The translations under genes and the position numbers were made by a program. A DNA stretch of 63,239 nucleotides, filler included, from Reticulomyxa filosa (lineage: Eukaryota; Protista; Foraminifera): the NCBI GenBank assembly GCA_000512085.1. It is 14 parts of 14 records of this genome, joined end to end, with 100 filler letters (N's around TTAATTAATTAA, not from the genome) between each part and the next. Parts side by side here need not be neighbours in the genome. Positions count along the whole stretch, not along the records: positions 49,796 to 51,061 come from ASPP01004059.1; positions 51,162 to 53,117 come from ASPP01022720.1; positions 53,218 to 57,568 come from ASPP01013448.1; positions 57,669 to 59,835 come from ASPP01000684.1; positions 59,936 to 60,935 come from ASPP01048520.1; positions 61,036 to 62,040 come from ASPP01005375.1; positions 62,141 to 63,239 come from ASPP01009697.1; 7 more parts are not named here. The stretch is one strand, 5' to 3'. This document shows, one piece after another, positions 50,506 through 63,239 of this stretch; the stretch's first letter is position 1, and each line of letters begins with the position of its first letter. Below the pieces are notes generated by a model. The model had not been told where the DNA came from. It ran no database searches and saw only the letters and a list, made by a program, of their open reading frames with translations.

Positions 50506-53280
50506 TTTTTTTTTTATTTTTTTTCCCACCCTCAAAACCACGGTGTATCATTGATTTGTGTTCTCAAACTTGCTTTTTATGTTTGTAATAAAAATTGTTA
50601 TTATTTGCAAAGTGCTAAAGATGTACGCTTTTCATTTTTGTACCTATGACAGTTTGTATTTGCGGTGGTAATATAAACCGTATTTGAGACAATCACATTA
50701 GAAATATGTATGCAAATGTTTTAGACCTAGATGCGATTGTGTGATTATCGAGTTGATACAACCACCAGCAAAAAAGTATTGCAAATAATTTGATGTGTTA
50801 CTTATTTTGTTTATATGTTTTCCAATCAGTTTAATAATTTTTTAGACTGTGAGAATTAAATCATGTTTTTGCCTATTTAAATTACGAGATGTTACGAGTT
50901 GTTTAAATAAGAGTAGTTTGAAGGATACGAACCGTTCCAAAACGGGTGCTAAATTTTACTTTACTTTTACTTTGGTCTTGTTTTTTGCCTCCCTTTGTAA
51001 TTCTTTGTAACTTTTACATTTACTAAAATAAGAGAAAATGTCTGAAGATAAAGACTCGACGNNNNNNNNNNNNNNNNNNNNNNNNNNNNNNNNNNNNNNN
51101 NNNNNTTAATTAATTAANNNNNNNNNNNNNNNNNNNNNNNNNNNNNNNNNNNNNNNNNNNNGATTAAGTGGATATATAATTTTTTTTTCAAAATCATTTA
51201 CGAAACACAATGTTATATTAGGCCACAAGAACATCGAAGATACTTGTTTTTGTTTTGTAATGTACTTTTTGTATTGCACTGTGTATTTAGTACTGTCCAA
51301 CTGGTAACATTCTATCTAAAAAAAAATAGATGTCAAAATCCCATTTGTTGAATATCGAATTAATCACGAATAATCCTTCCACAATGGGATCTGTAATAGT
51401 TACTAACATATTACAATGCACAACTGTCGGCACTCCAGCCTCAGCTTCATGGATGCATCCAGCTGAGGTAATATTGTATTGAAATTCCAAAAACGAAAAA
51501 CATCGTAATCGATCACCTTACACTGAATACAGTGTACTAAGTAAGATTACAAAGTAATCAATAAATACAGAATTGCGCATATTCATGCACCAACCAAAGG
51601 GCAAATAACAAAAGCAAAATAAAGGCTTAATAACAAAGAACAACAAACAAAAACATTTTACTATTTCTTTAATAGAATTGTGGAACATCAACGTAGATTT
51701 TGATCAGACCGATTCCCTAAAGAAACCATTAGCTCAAAATTCTAAGAAAGGAAATATAGTGTATAGTTTGTTTCAACTGGCCGTATTCTCAAAAACTTTA
51801 AAATGTGCTAAATGAGAATTGTCTGATACTCTTTGGTCTTTGCAAGTCCTAAGGACTAATTATTAATTCATCCAACAAAAAAATATATATGTATATCCCG
51901 AGCGAAAGATAGGGCAAGAATGCCAAAATACATCTCCTCATCGCGATTCGGTATCTCATTAAAATGCGAGGAAAGCACTCGCGCCAGCAACGTGCGAAGG
52001 GTCACAGGCTCCGAGCAAGAAAAGGTCACTGAAGGCCCCGAAGGCCAGGGAACCAAAGGCAAGACCCCTGAAGGATCGAAGAAACATGCTCCAACCTTTT
52101 GTTGACTTTTGTTTTGTTTTAAGTTGTAGCAGTTTTGTTTAAGGCTGTTTGTGGTGGTAATTAGTGAGATAGATAACGCAACTTTGATCTCATTCAAACA
52201 ATTTTAAATTAAAACTATAGCTGCAAAGCTGAAGCTGGGATGTTGTTTGTTGGTTACTTTTGTAACGATTGTAATACTTAGTACTGCATTCAAGTGTGAA
52301 TGAGGTTCTTGTTTTGCAATATTTTCTTTCTGTGAATTCAACTTATAACATTATCTCTCTAAAAAAAAATTAATTCATCAAGACCTTATAACTCTTTAAG
52401 TTTGCCGTGTTTTTCAGTATTCCCAGTGGTCTTCAGGGGTTGTAGCAAAAACATACAAATATTTTTTGATATATTTGGTGTTTGTAATCCTTCTGCTTTT
52501 TCGCGTATAGTGACCATAATATTTTTTTTTATATACTGGAAATTATAATCGATGTTCTTTAATCCCAGGAACTTAATCACCGAAGTAGCTGATTTAGTTC
52601 TCTGGATTTAATTGAAGTTACGAGTATTTGACACATGAATTGTCGTCGAACTTGCACATTCTTTTTCCAAATGTAATCTTGACACAACGACTTGTAGTTA
52701 ATATGTCTGCCTTACCATTAGATTTAATGCTTGATTTAATTCCATGTGGATTTTTTTGTTTTGTTCTTTTTAGCAGGAAGAATGTTAATTTAACCTTCAA
52801 AACTTTTGTGATTATCACACAGTTGTTTTTTTTAGTATCACGGGTTGGTGGCCTTTGCCCGTTTCTGGACTATTGGAGAAACGCAAGCAAGAAATCCAGA
52901 AATCAATGCTTATTATGAAGAATGTAGCAACAAGTGAATCTAACATCGATATTAGCTTTGTCAAAAAAAGCTGTAGTAAAGATTTCCGTCGTCAAAAAAT
53001 TTCGCGAGATCAAGAAAAGTCAAGAAATACTTGAAAAAAGTATTAATATAAAGTATTTGGATATTGTAAATGTATTGTGGCTTCTTCCCTTTTATTCTGT
53101 TCTTTGCAACATTTTTCNNNNNNNNNNNNNNNNNNNNNNNNNNNNNNNNNNNNNNNNNNNNTTAATTAATTAANNNNNNNNNNNNNNNNNNNNNNNNNNN
53201 NNNNNNNNNNNNNNNNNAAAAAAAAAAAAAAAAAAAAAAATGTTGCTGCGTGTATATTTGTGTGCGTTTTGTTTGTTAAA

Positions 53281-53838
53281 TTAGCTTTCTTTTTTATGCG
53301 CAGACTTTGCTTTTTGACGCACTACATTTTCCACACGGCTAGTCCCTGGATTTCTTCGGTCATCTTCTTGTCGGATATTTTCGCCTGATTCTGAAGAGCA
53401 TTTTTCATCCAGAAACAAACAAGATAGCGTTTGATGTTTCTTACACAATCCTAGCAAGTGTTGATAAACTGTTTGATAAAATTCGTTATCCGTCTGGATT
53501 TTATGTCTCAAATGGCGAATTGATTGGTTGGACAGTAGATCTATTAACGGGTGATCTGTTTCGAGGTCTCTTTCACTGATATGAATGTAATTTGACAATA
53601 TTAACAACGCATCTTCCTTTGTGATAAAGTTTTCATAATTTCTACCAACAATGTTTGCCATGTTGCCTTCTCGGTAAAAATCATTCCAAAAAATAGTATT
53701 GATGTCCGAAGGCTTTGAGACGATGAAAGACGGTTCAGTTCTCAGCCTTGGACGACGTTTCGGTCTTAATGTTAATGAAGATACGTTGGGCCGTATAAAT
53801 GGACCATTGGATTTCAGGCTTGAATGTGCACAATCCAT
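53281..53838 (-). CDS. Hypothetical protein, probably 3'-truncated at the gap
   Basis: ~185-codon ORF with protein-like composition. No family recognised. Confidence 0.5.
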   Translation of the reverse strand: MDCAHSSLKSNGPFIRPNVSSLTLRPKRRPRLRTEPSFIVSKPSDINTIFWNDFYREGNMANIVGRNYENFITKEDALLILSNYIHISERDLETDHPLIDLLSNQSIRHLRHKIQTDNEFYQTVYQHLLGLCKKHQTLSCLFLDEKCSSESGENIRQEDDRRNPGTSRVENVVRQKAKSAHKKES

Positions 53839-54472
53839 TGCACAATTCAACAATCAAAAAATTTAAGAAGAACCTGTCGCCCTTTCGTGTTACTTGTCTA
53901 CGTTTTTTCTTACTGGTAAAACAAGTTAATATTTTTTTTAATATTTACTGGCTGATACGATTAGGTTTTAAACATTAACCCGACATATTTATCATAGCAA
54001 TTCTAGAAAAGCAGGTCATAACCGCTCGTATATTATTTTTTATTCGCTGTTAATTGTATCATATTTATTTGGTAATAGTATCATTTTTTTATGTTTGGAA
54101 ACAGAAAGGAATATTTTGTTGTCTTATTTGTTATCACGCAAGTGTTTCTTGACAGCGAATGTGGAAACATAAGAAAACGCTTGTTGAAGAAAGTTGCAAA
54201 AACGATGCACAAAAAAAATTAAAAAAATGTGAAAATAAAATACGTGTACAATTTCATGATGTAAGAAATTAAATTGAGTGTCTATTTGAATGCTCAGAAA
54301 TAGTAATTAAGTAAGAAGTGCAAGTTAGTGATTGATAGAAACATAAAAGCACACATAAAGATTGATCCATGAAATGGATATAGATAGTAGTAATTAATTT
54401 GGAATGGAAAATTTTGAAAAAGAGATGTCATTGCTGCCTCCCTCTCTCCCCTTGAGCAGAGCCAAAGTTGTG

Positions 54473-55173
54473 TTAAGCAGTCGAGTCCGACTGAAATTGT
54501 GATGAAAGCTTTTTGAGTCGACTGACCCGACGATTGATTTCATTCATCCTTTTATGTAACTTGCTGATTTTGGTTTGATAAGTGGGTATTTTGTCAATCT
54601 ATATTTTTTTCCGGTGCCATTATTCGAAAAAACAGAAATGTTGAAATCGAATGAAGAAAAAATCAATAATTGAGAAAAAAATTTAATAACAGTTTGTTGC
54701 ATCAATTGAATACGTCTCAATGCAGACTCTTCCAACCACAAAGCTCTGGTTTCGAATTCTTCAATCATTTTTTCTTGCTTTTGTCTGTGTTTGTTTAATC
54801 ATTCTTTTAATTGGTCTTTTGTCTAACCATCGATAGACATTACTTACTTAAGTTCGTTGATATCCTTCAATTCTTTTTTTAATGGTGTCTTCAAATGCTC
54901 TGTTAATATCTTCGCCATTCTGTCCACGGCCTTGTTGTCCAGTGATTCATAGCGAACCAAACGATCGACCATTGATGAAGCTTCGTGATGCGTTTTTTGC
55001 TTTGTTCGAAATTGATGCGACCCGTTGCCTGTTTCCTGAGTGTTGGATGGTATATCCTTGTTGTCGTCAGCAGTGCCTGCTGGTCCAGGCTGTGTCAATG
55101 GTTCAGTTTGTGTTGGTTCTGAATTCTCATTCTTTAAGTCTGATTCTTGCTGTTGCTCGGTTTTTTCTTCCAT
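54473..55173 (-). CDS. BLOC1S6: BLOC-1 pallidin/snapin-family coiled-coil protein, 3 exons
   Basis: Spliced product ...AVDRMAKILTEHLKTPLKKELKDINELKQKQEKMIEEFE...QQTIDKIPTYQTKISKLHKRMNEINRRVSRLKKLSSQFQSDSTA* follows the pallidin pattern (LQEL...Q...Y..KL..I...M..L......LKK). Snapin is not excluded. Confidence 0.6.
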
Positions 55174-55605
55174 TCTTTTCTCTTGATGATTGATGCTCTC
55201 TAATTTTGGGGGGAAAATTCATTGCGTTTTGACCAGGAAAATTTGTGTAAGAAGAGGATTGTGATTACGCTGTGGGAATATTTTTTAAAATTAAAATGGT
55301 TTAGATTTTACAGTCCGAAAGTAATTCGTAACAGTTGTTTGTTTTTATGTTAACATTTTGTTCAAGAGAATGTTACAACAATGAAAACAGATAAACCAGA
55401 ACAAAAATTAAATCATTAAATCTAAAAAAATGACACAATTTTAAACACTTAAAAATGAATGTCAGCCATCAATTAAAAAGGAATTCAACTCAACAAGCGT
55501 TGAAAACCAAACTTTTTTAAATTGATGTTTGTTAAAGATAATCGATTCCTACCACAGAAGTGATACAATAAAACAATTGTGGAAAAAATAAATCCAACGA
55601 TAATG

Positions 55606-55983
55606 TCAACGTCCTTTCTTTTTTTCTCTAGTTTCATCAGGTTGTAATATTTTCTTATTATCTGAAATGAAATTTTCCAGTTTGATTTTTTCTGCATCTT
55701 TGTAATTAGTTTGTATTTCTGTTTGTATTTTTTATTTTGTTTACTTTGTGCGATTTAAGAAGAAATAGCGAACGGAAGCTTTTTTTTGTGCAATTTTTTT
55801 ACCAGGGATTGCAGTTTGTCTAGGACCAAATGTAATTTTGGTCCATCGGTACAAGTCGGATTTTAAGATGGCATCCGAACGGAAAGGCTCTTTCAATGAA
55901 TTTCGCACAGCGCGAGCGCAGATATTTGTGTACTGCAGGTAACTTACGCCTGACTGTCTGTAAGCCTCTTTGAAAAATGACAT
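55606..55983 (-). CDS. ATP5F1E: Mitochondrial ATP synthase F1 epsilon subunit, exons 55983-55803 and 55697-55606; 90 aa
   Basis: YRQSGVSYLQYTNICARAVRNSLKEPFR matches the epsilon consensus WR.AG.SY..Y..ICA.AVR.ALK. The intron is in frame and has a CTAAT branch-like site. Confidence 0.85.
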
Positions 55984-58959
55984 TTTTGCCTATTCCACAC
56001 ATATTTTTGTTCATGAGCCAAAGGATATCGAATGGTACACAGATATTTGTTTTATTGTGAACAAAATGAAGAAAATTTACTTGGCTGTTGGACCTTTTTT
56101 AACACAAAACGTTCTTTGACAGTTGGTAACAGCACAATATAAATTCTGTAGAGCAGTACAATTTTAATTTGAATGGTTTTAAAAAAGAGCTTTAATTTAT
56201 CTAAATCGATCAATACTTAAGATAAAAAAATTCAAAAGGCATCCAATCAGATGATTAATTATCTTCATTTTAAAAATTAAAAAATAAACGTTTTTTGAAT
56301 TTATAGTACAACGTTAAAAAGCGGAGAAAAAAAAAGGTGGACACAGGTTGATTTGGATCGAAAAAGTAAATTAAAAATTGCTAATTGCATTTATATCTTT
56401 CAAAGCGTACAACATCAACAATATTCAACATTGTGAACAGTGTATGTTCCATCAATTCCTCTCAACAAGAAATTTATTTGTATGCACTTTGTGCAAAAAT
56501 TGAATAACTCATTATCTTCAAGCGACAGTCATTATGATTTTAGAATATATCAACAGTTTAAATCATGTATAAAAGGAAGTAAAATGATTAATTGTCTTGT
56601 TTGTGTTTTTTGTCAAATAAAAACACCAACAAATGACTTCATTATGTTATTTATTATTCTATAATGTTATCACATAACTAGAAATTCAATTTTTGAAAAT
56701 AAAGTAATTTGTAAAAATTTAAAAAGAAGTGCGATTCATGTAAGATGAATATGGTATAAATGTATATCATTTTTCTGTAGCATTACTATATGATGAATTT
56801 TTTTAAAAAAATTGTATAACTAGAATGTCACTGATTTGGGCAATAATTAGTTTTATTTTAATGTAATAAAATTAATTTTGAAATCTAATTATATGCACTA
56901 ATTTCATCACGTGCATCACACTTTTTATAATAAGTTTACCTTATTTGCATTTGGAACAATTATAAGTTCTGATGTGTTAAGAAAACAAGACAAAAAACTA
57001 ATCACTTTTCATTTTCTTTCAATAGAAAAAATTAGAATTGTTACATTATGAATTAATGGAAATTTATCTGTTTAATTTTAGTTTTTCTACATTCGAGAAA
57101 TATAATTTTTATATATGTTGGAAATTTAATTCTACAGATATTAAACAGTATTCAAAGCACAATAATTGTGTTGAATTTTTGCTGCAGTTAGTTCCTTGTT
57201 CGAATTTAACCAAATTATTTTCAAAAGTTTAAGTTACAAATTGATATTTACATAAAATATTTAATCAATTTTACAGTTGTTTTTGTATATGAATGAACGT
57301 CCAAATTCAAATCTTCCAAGATATTTTTTATGTCCAAATTTCAGAAATTTGATATGAGTTAATCATTTCAATCAAAAGAAATATGGATTCAAATTATATT
57401 CAAAGGAGAAAATAAAGCGCCAAAATTAAATTAGAATAAAGAAATAACGACTTAATTATGATTTAATGAAATATAGCAAATATATTATATTTTCTCCATA
57501 TGGTTCAAATTTGTTTTGGTCTTATTTTTAATGTTTAGCTAATATAAAGCAAACAAGGCCGTTTATAANNNNNNNNNNNNNNNNNNNNNNNNNNNNNNNN
57601 NNNNNNNNNNNNTTAATTAATTAANNNNNNNNNNNNNNNNNNNNNNNNNNNNNNNNNNNNNNNNNNNNCTACCTAAAGAAAAATTGGATAAAGATTCAAA
57701 CTTTTGAAAAATTTCGAATATAACAAAAAGGACAAAGTGTTGAAAGGTTTTATTTCATTGAATTTCAATCAATTTCGGCCAACATTGGGTCAGTTCATTT
57801 TGTATCGCAATAACATTTCTTAATAACAACTTTAGATAACATTTTCTGAGCAGTTTTGAAAAAAAAAAAGTGATTGCATGAAAATTTATATAGGGTAAGG
57901 GAGCAGGACAAGAATATGGTTTTTAACTACCTCGACTGGTAGAGAATAGATACTCTAACAAACTATCATCTAACATTTATAGTTAATGGTGGATTTTACA
58001 CAGTTTAGTACTATTTCTTTTTTTTTGACGAAAAAAAACTTTATCAATGAAATTGCTGTATTAAAAATTAACAAATTATTTAGTGTTACACGAAAATTTC
58101 GAAATGCATTTTGTAATTGTAAAATATTTCTAAAACAAGGTATTATCCAAACAAACTCTTCAAGACTTTATCGACAAATTCATTCATGCCAAACATAACC
58201 AACAAAACATCGATGAATTGCTCTCTAGAATGCCTTCCAACAAGTATTCCGAAGATACCACAGATCTGACGCTTACCTTTCATATATTACATACAGATCA
58301 CTACGGTATTATTATTATGGATTTGAAACAAAAGGTTTTGGAAATTATTGCAACACAAATCCTACTCAACCACCAGGCCTCGATTGTGGAAAACAGCAAT
58401 AGTAATAGTAACGTTTTGATGAAACAAAAAAAAAAAAAAATTTTTAAAAGAAAAAAAATGAGAGTGAAAGTGAGAACTTTGCTTGAGGTAAAATTTTCCC
58501 TCCAATATGTTGTGTCTTTTTTTGTTTTCCTTTCAAAATTGTTTTCTTTTCCTCGTCTCCCTTTCCCCGTTTTGTCATCCTTTTTTTTTATTCCTTAATT
58601 ATTTCTTCTATTTTTGTTTACTTTGTAAACTTCACATGTTTAAAAATATGTCATGAGAATTCACATTGTATATTTTTTCAAGCAGGATCGTTTTTTTAAA
58701 AAAACTTTGAACTGCAAGTTGTGCGCCTGTCCATTTCTCATCCCCCCTAAATACTGTTTTCAGAGGCACCAACAAAAATATTAAGAGACCACTAAGCCAC
58801 AAACCAGTTGACCATCTGGAAATGCAGAGAATATTGAAAAGAAAACAGACAACAAAATTTTTTTTGACAATAATGAGTGATTCTTCAGTATTAAAGAATA
58901 ATGCACGAAGTGGAAACATATCTTTCGTTATAACATCAAGATAGCACAAAAACAATGTA

Positions 58960-59400
58960 ATGATTTTGATGTTTCAAGATCCCATAAACAAATAGAATTA
59001 TCACTAGACCCTGAAAATTTCACACAATAAACATATCATGAATATCGGTTAAATGATTGAATGTATTTGTTGTTATCAACATCACATACACAAACTGTTT
59101 TATCTAATGATCCAGAACAAATGAATTGACAATTATCAAATATTGAATAATCAATATCAACACAATTTCCGTATGTCCATGAATGTATTAATTAATTTGT
59201 ATCAAACATGAAGACATATGATTATATCAAATAAACATTTGAATATTTTAATTATTTTTTTAAAAAAAAAAGAAAAAACAAATAAACTAACGTAACTGAC
59301 AATAAGTTTGTCAAGCTCATTAATCCAGCTAAATTTGACGTTTAACGTTCGAACATAATGCTGTAACACTATTTTTATGTTTTCATTAACTGATTCCATT
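58960..59400 (-). pseudogene. WD40-repeat gene relic
   Basis: IKIVLQHYVRTLNVKFSWINELDKLIVSY leader, then IDYSIFDNCQFICSGSLDKTVCV*DVDNNK...VYCVKFS...GSSDNSICLWDLETSK with stops and deletions. Confidence 0.8.
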
Positions 59401-59998
59401 GCATTAAAATACAATTGATTAAAAAAAAGTTTAACATCAAGACCCAAGTAATTTTATGCAATTATTTTATTATTTTACAAAATTATCAAAAATTAATTTT
59501 TTATTAAACTTTGATAATATTTTTTAAAATATTTTTGTTATAACTTTGAATAAGCTACTATCAGTTTTTTTTTTAAAGATATATGTATGATCCAGATCGT
59601 GTTTTGTCTATAAGATTATTTGTTGTTTTCAAAGATCCACTGAAATATGATATAATATAGTAAATGATGAAGTATTATCACTTTTTTTTAAAAACATCAA
59701 CAAGATAAAATAAAAAAAAAGTTAAATGTGTAGGAGAAGCTCCTATAAAGTAAAAGGAGCTGATGAGCTCACTGTGGGTTAAACTTTACAAAATCTTCAC
59801 AACAACCTTTCTTGTGTTTTCCTTTTACTCTTTCGNNNNNNNNNNNNNNNNNNNNNNNNNNNNNNNNNNNNNNNNNNNNTTAATTAATTAANNNNNNNNN
59901 NNNNNNNNNNNNNNNNNNNNNNNNNNNNNNNNNNNTTTTTTTTTTTGAAATAAATAAATAAAATACACCGAACAATAAATGAAAAAGAAAAGAAACAT

Positions 59999-60239
59999 TT
60001 TGGAAAGTCGATCTGCAATTTCGGCCCAATTGTGAGAGGTCAATTCATGCAAGGTCTGCAATGCACTTTCTACCACATTGGAATCAGTTTCATCCAAATG
60101 TGTTAATATACCTGGACACAATTTACACAATCATCAAATGAGAACTCTTTTTCCCATTATTTTGACTAGTTAACATTTTTTTACTTTTGATTGGTCACAA
60201 ACCTTCTGCACTCACAAAGGAGTCCAATAACAGGGTCAT
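59999..60239 (-). CDS. RPN2: 26S proteasome regulatory subunit Rpn2/PSMD1, first two coding exons (truncated by gap)
   Basis: Spliced MTLLLDSFVSAEGILTHLDETDSNVVESALQTLHELTSHNWAEIADRLSK matches the Rpn2 N-terminus (SAAG.L.LLDE......AL..L......WAEI). Confidence 0.85.
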
Positions 60240-60539
60240 CTTTGATGTGATGAGATATCACTTGCTTGTGTTTTATATTTTTTGGGAGGATATCTAATCT
60301 TCGTCCTTCAAAGAAAGATGCTAGTTTTTAATAAATTCACTTTTACCCTTTTTTTTTGCCGACAGTTATCACGTTCGATTAATCAGAAGCAAAAACCAGA
60401 ATAAAATTATCTTCACAAAAGTCATAAAAATGGAAATAGATAATTTAATGATCACCAAAAGTAGCAAAGTCATCAAACAAATTTCACTATACAAAAAAAT
60501 ATCATTTCAATAATTTTTTGATGAAAAAAAAATATATAT

Positions 60540-60700
60540 GTGTTCAACCTCAAGCCCGTCCTCCCAGACCTACCCCCCGCGGTCCAGTGCCGAGACAGTC
60601 GTGCTTTTTACACACGAGAAACCCGCAGGTGTCAAACACACGGTACTACCCTTTGAGGTAGTACAAAACACTACTTTGTCCTTAGTTGCTTACCTTGTAT
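60540..60700 (-). ncRNA. Candidate structured RNA of unknown class
   Basis: GC-rich island in AT-rich DNA with three hairpins found by eye (GTACTACC/GGTAGTAC; TCGTG/CACGA; CTGGACC/GGTCTGG). G-U pairs favour the minus strand. Confidence 0.4.
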
Positions 60701-61035
60701 GATATTTCGTGCATCACACTTTTTTTTTCAACGTGGATTATTTTTCAATGGGGAGATTGTTGGTAATAAGTAACCATCTTAATTATTCTTTACATTTTCA
60801 ATGCATTAGAAAATCTTTTAATTTGCATTTCATTTGATTACAGTGAGCTGACTACAAACTGGCTGAATTGTAAAATGAATAGCATAGACTGGATGATCCA
60901 AATATTTTTGTTGCTTTGCAGTCAGATTTTTTCTTNNNNNNNNNNNNNNNNNNNNNNNNNNNNNNNNNNNNNNNNNNNNTTAATTAATTAANNNNNNNNN
61001 NNNNNNNNNNNNNNNNNNNNNNNNNNNNNNNNNNN

Positions 61036-62040
61036 TCATTGTCATTGTCATCGACATTGTCATTTTCACTTCTGTTTTCATTGTTGCCTTCATTATTATC
61101 GCCGTGATCATGACCCACAGATATGATACTGCTGTTGTCACAGATACAATGCAAATCAGGATGTAACGTATCCACGTGCGATTGCTTCTTTGTTTTCTTT
61201 TTAATCTGCTTTGTGTGGCTGGAACGAGGAGACGAGGTCCGCGTCTCGTGTCCCAATCGAAACAAGCGTTCGCAGCACGGACGGCTGGATCTCGTCATAC
61301 GCTGCATGCAGTCGAATATCGGCAGCTGCGCTCCTCGGTTGTAGTAGTCGATGAAGTCGGATTCGATCAGCACGTTGGGCAGGTGCACGTAGTCGCACTT
61401 ACTTTTTACGTATTCGTACAAATGCACGCACGTGCATGGCAAGTGGTCTTGCGCCAGAGCTATCAATTGCAAACATATCACAAACTCTCGCAAATTCCAA
61501 CCATTTTGAAATGGAGTATTTTCGAGTCCAATCAATGTATCGTCGTCGTCGTTTTGCCAAGTTTCGTTTTCCTTTGTTGTTGTTTTTTTATCCTTCTTTT
61601 TTTGCTGTTGTTGTTGTTGTTGTTTTTGCTTTGGTGTTCTCTTCACTTTGGTCTTTGATTCACCCACGTGGATCATCCCATTGGTATCATCGCTTGTGCT
61701 GTACAACAGACTTTGTTCCTTTGTTTCGTTCCATATGGATTCCAACACGTGCTGTTGCAGTTGCGACGACACCATGATCTCGATAGCCATGAATTGGGGC
61801 AATATGCCGTGCAACACATCGCCGTATTTCGTCACCAAATAGTCAAATAGCAGTCCCAGTATCATCAGTGTATCGCTATCTTCTGGCCAAGGCTGCTGGC
61901 TCAACTCAATCATTTCCTCAAATTTCGTTTTGTTTTCCAATTGTCTACGATACTCCATCATCACATCATCGTTGGTGTTGATGTTGGTATTGATATTGGT
62001 ATTGGTATTGGTATTGGTATTGATGTTGATGTTGTTGTTG
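61036..62040 (-). CDS. Hypothetical protein fragment bounded by simple repeats and gaps
   Basis: Open frame of more than 300 codons with helical and Cys/His-containing segments. No family recognised. Confidence 0.6.
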
Positions 62041-63239
62041 NNNNNNNNNNNNNNNNNNNNNNNNNNNNNNNNNNNNNNNNNNNNTTAATTAATTAANNNN
62101 NNNNNNNNNNNNNNNNNNNNNNNNNNNNNNNNNNNNNNNNAGCAATGAATTTACTCAATTAAAACAAGCGAACTACAAGAAATAAATTTTTAATTGCAAA
62201 TTTTTTTGTTACACAGTTTGATAAGAAACAGTCAGAAGTCGCTCTTGTCCAAAAAATTGGGAAATGTTATTTCATTAGTTGCGAAAGAACGCAAAAAATT
62301 TATCAAAACCAACTTGAAATAAATCACATATACACCTTTTCTTTAAAAAAGTGTTGATGATTTATTGTAGAAAATTTTTTTTAAAAAAAGGGTTGAAGAA
62401 TAAAAATTTAATAAATATAAACTTTGTAATGAGAAATAAGTGGTTCATTTTGTAAAATATTAAGATATAACAACAATAAGGCCTATTTTTTTCAATTTAT
62501 TTTAATTTGAAAGAATATTTATAAATGCTTCGACAGATAACTTCATCCACCATTTTACATCGATATTAACATGGTTTTCAAAGCCTTAATTAATTTATTC
62601 AATATGCAATTTTTGTGTATATTCTTTATTAAATCATAAATTCATAAAAGTAAAAGATTAAAAATAAGAATTGTTATTAACAGATTGTACTTAGTGACTA
62701 AATATTTGGACGTTGCATATCAATATATCAAAGATCTCTTAGACATAACATTTATGTTGATGTTCTTTTTACAAATGACTTAACTTGATTAATACATATT
62801 TTATTCAAAGCAGCATATTGTATATATGAAATTACAATTTTTAACTTATTGCACATCCAATGCGCTTTTAATCTTTTATTCGTTATTAATATACTGTCAG
62901 TGGTTTATTTAAAACTCAACTTCTACATCTTCCGCAAAGCCATGTTATTTGGAAACTTTTCTACTGTCCACATGGAATCGATAGCATTCGATACAATTGC
63001 TTTATTATATGTCAAGCATTAAAATTAACATATCCAAAAATTACAAATTAGCTTTTTTAAACAATAAATTTATAATTGAATGCGTTTTTATTATCCCATT
63101 ATTATAAACATATTTATTCAAAACATAATTCTTTAAAAATCTTTGTTGTTAATTACATCAAGACAATCCTTTTTTTAATTCAAAATGAATATAATTCACT
63201 CAGAATCAATGTATGTTCAAAGAAATGCACATTCATGAC

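Noticed and set aside
51895-52105. GC-richer island with repeated GAAGG as a hammerhead ribozyme or small gene
   Set aside because: There is no CUGANGA core and no recognisable protein, so it is left unassigned.
60596-60630. GCTTTTTAC as U5 snRNA loop I; GGTAGGTCTGGGA nearby as RNase P CR-I; a TPP riboswitch
   Set aside because: The stem register is wrong and there is no Sm site for U5, no CR-V partner for RNase P, and no CUGAGA for TPP.
13846-62140. Regularly recurring TTAATTAATTAA palindrome as a biological repeat or CRISPR-like array
   Set aside because: It is always centred in identical N blocks and is a six-frame-stop assembly spacer.
62141-63239. Final AT-rich segment
   Set aside because: No ORF, splice pattern or structure could be supported.

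Overview
AT-rich, intron-containing eukaryotic nuclear DNA, split into 14 segments by 13 artificial 100-nt spacers (N44-TTAATTAATTAA-N44). The gene families present (caspase-like/TPR, ART-domain, WD40 relics, 7TM-RGS) suggest a rhizarian such as the foraminiferan Reticulomyxa; this is an inference from recalled family features. Most ORF-track entries are exon fragments or antisense artefacts. Reading GT-AG splices by hand gives: a PT-repeat mucin-like membrane protein, a calmodulin-like protein, an F-box protein, an RGG/RD-rich protein, INTS4, a pseudo-caspase-TPR protein, cyclophilin PPIL1, an ADP-ribosyltransferase-domain protein, a type I membrane protein, a 7TM protein, Rab1 (absent from the ORF track), an L-fucose-isomerase-like enzyme with a mitochondrial-type presequence, a 7TM-RGS protein, a secreted kelch protein, a CAMK kinase, a pallidin/snapin-family protein, ATP synthase epsilon and the 5' end of RPN2. 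There are also a decayed LINE reverse transcriptase and WD40/TLDc pseudogenes. Best leads: poly-A tracts in place of the polypyrimidine tract at many 3' splice sites; a prokaryote-type sugar isomerase with introns and a targeting peptide; a structured GC-rich RNA candidate upstream of RPN2; and neighbouring caspase-like and ART genes with altered active sites.
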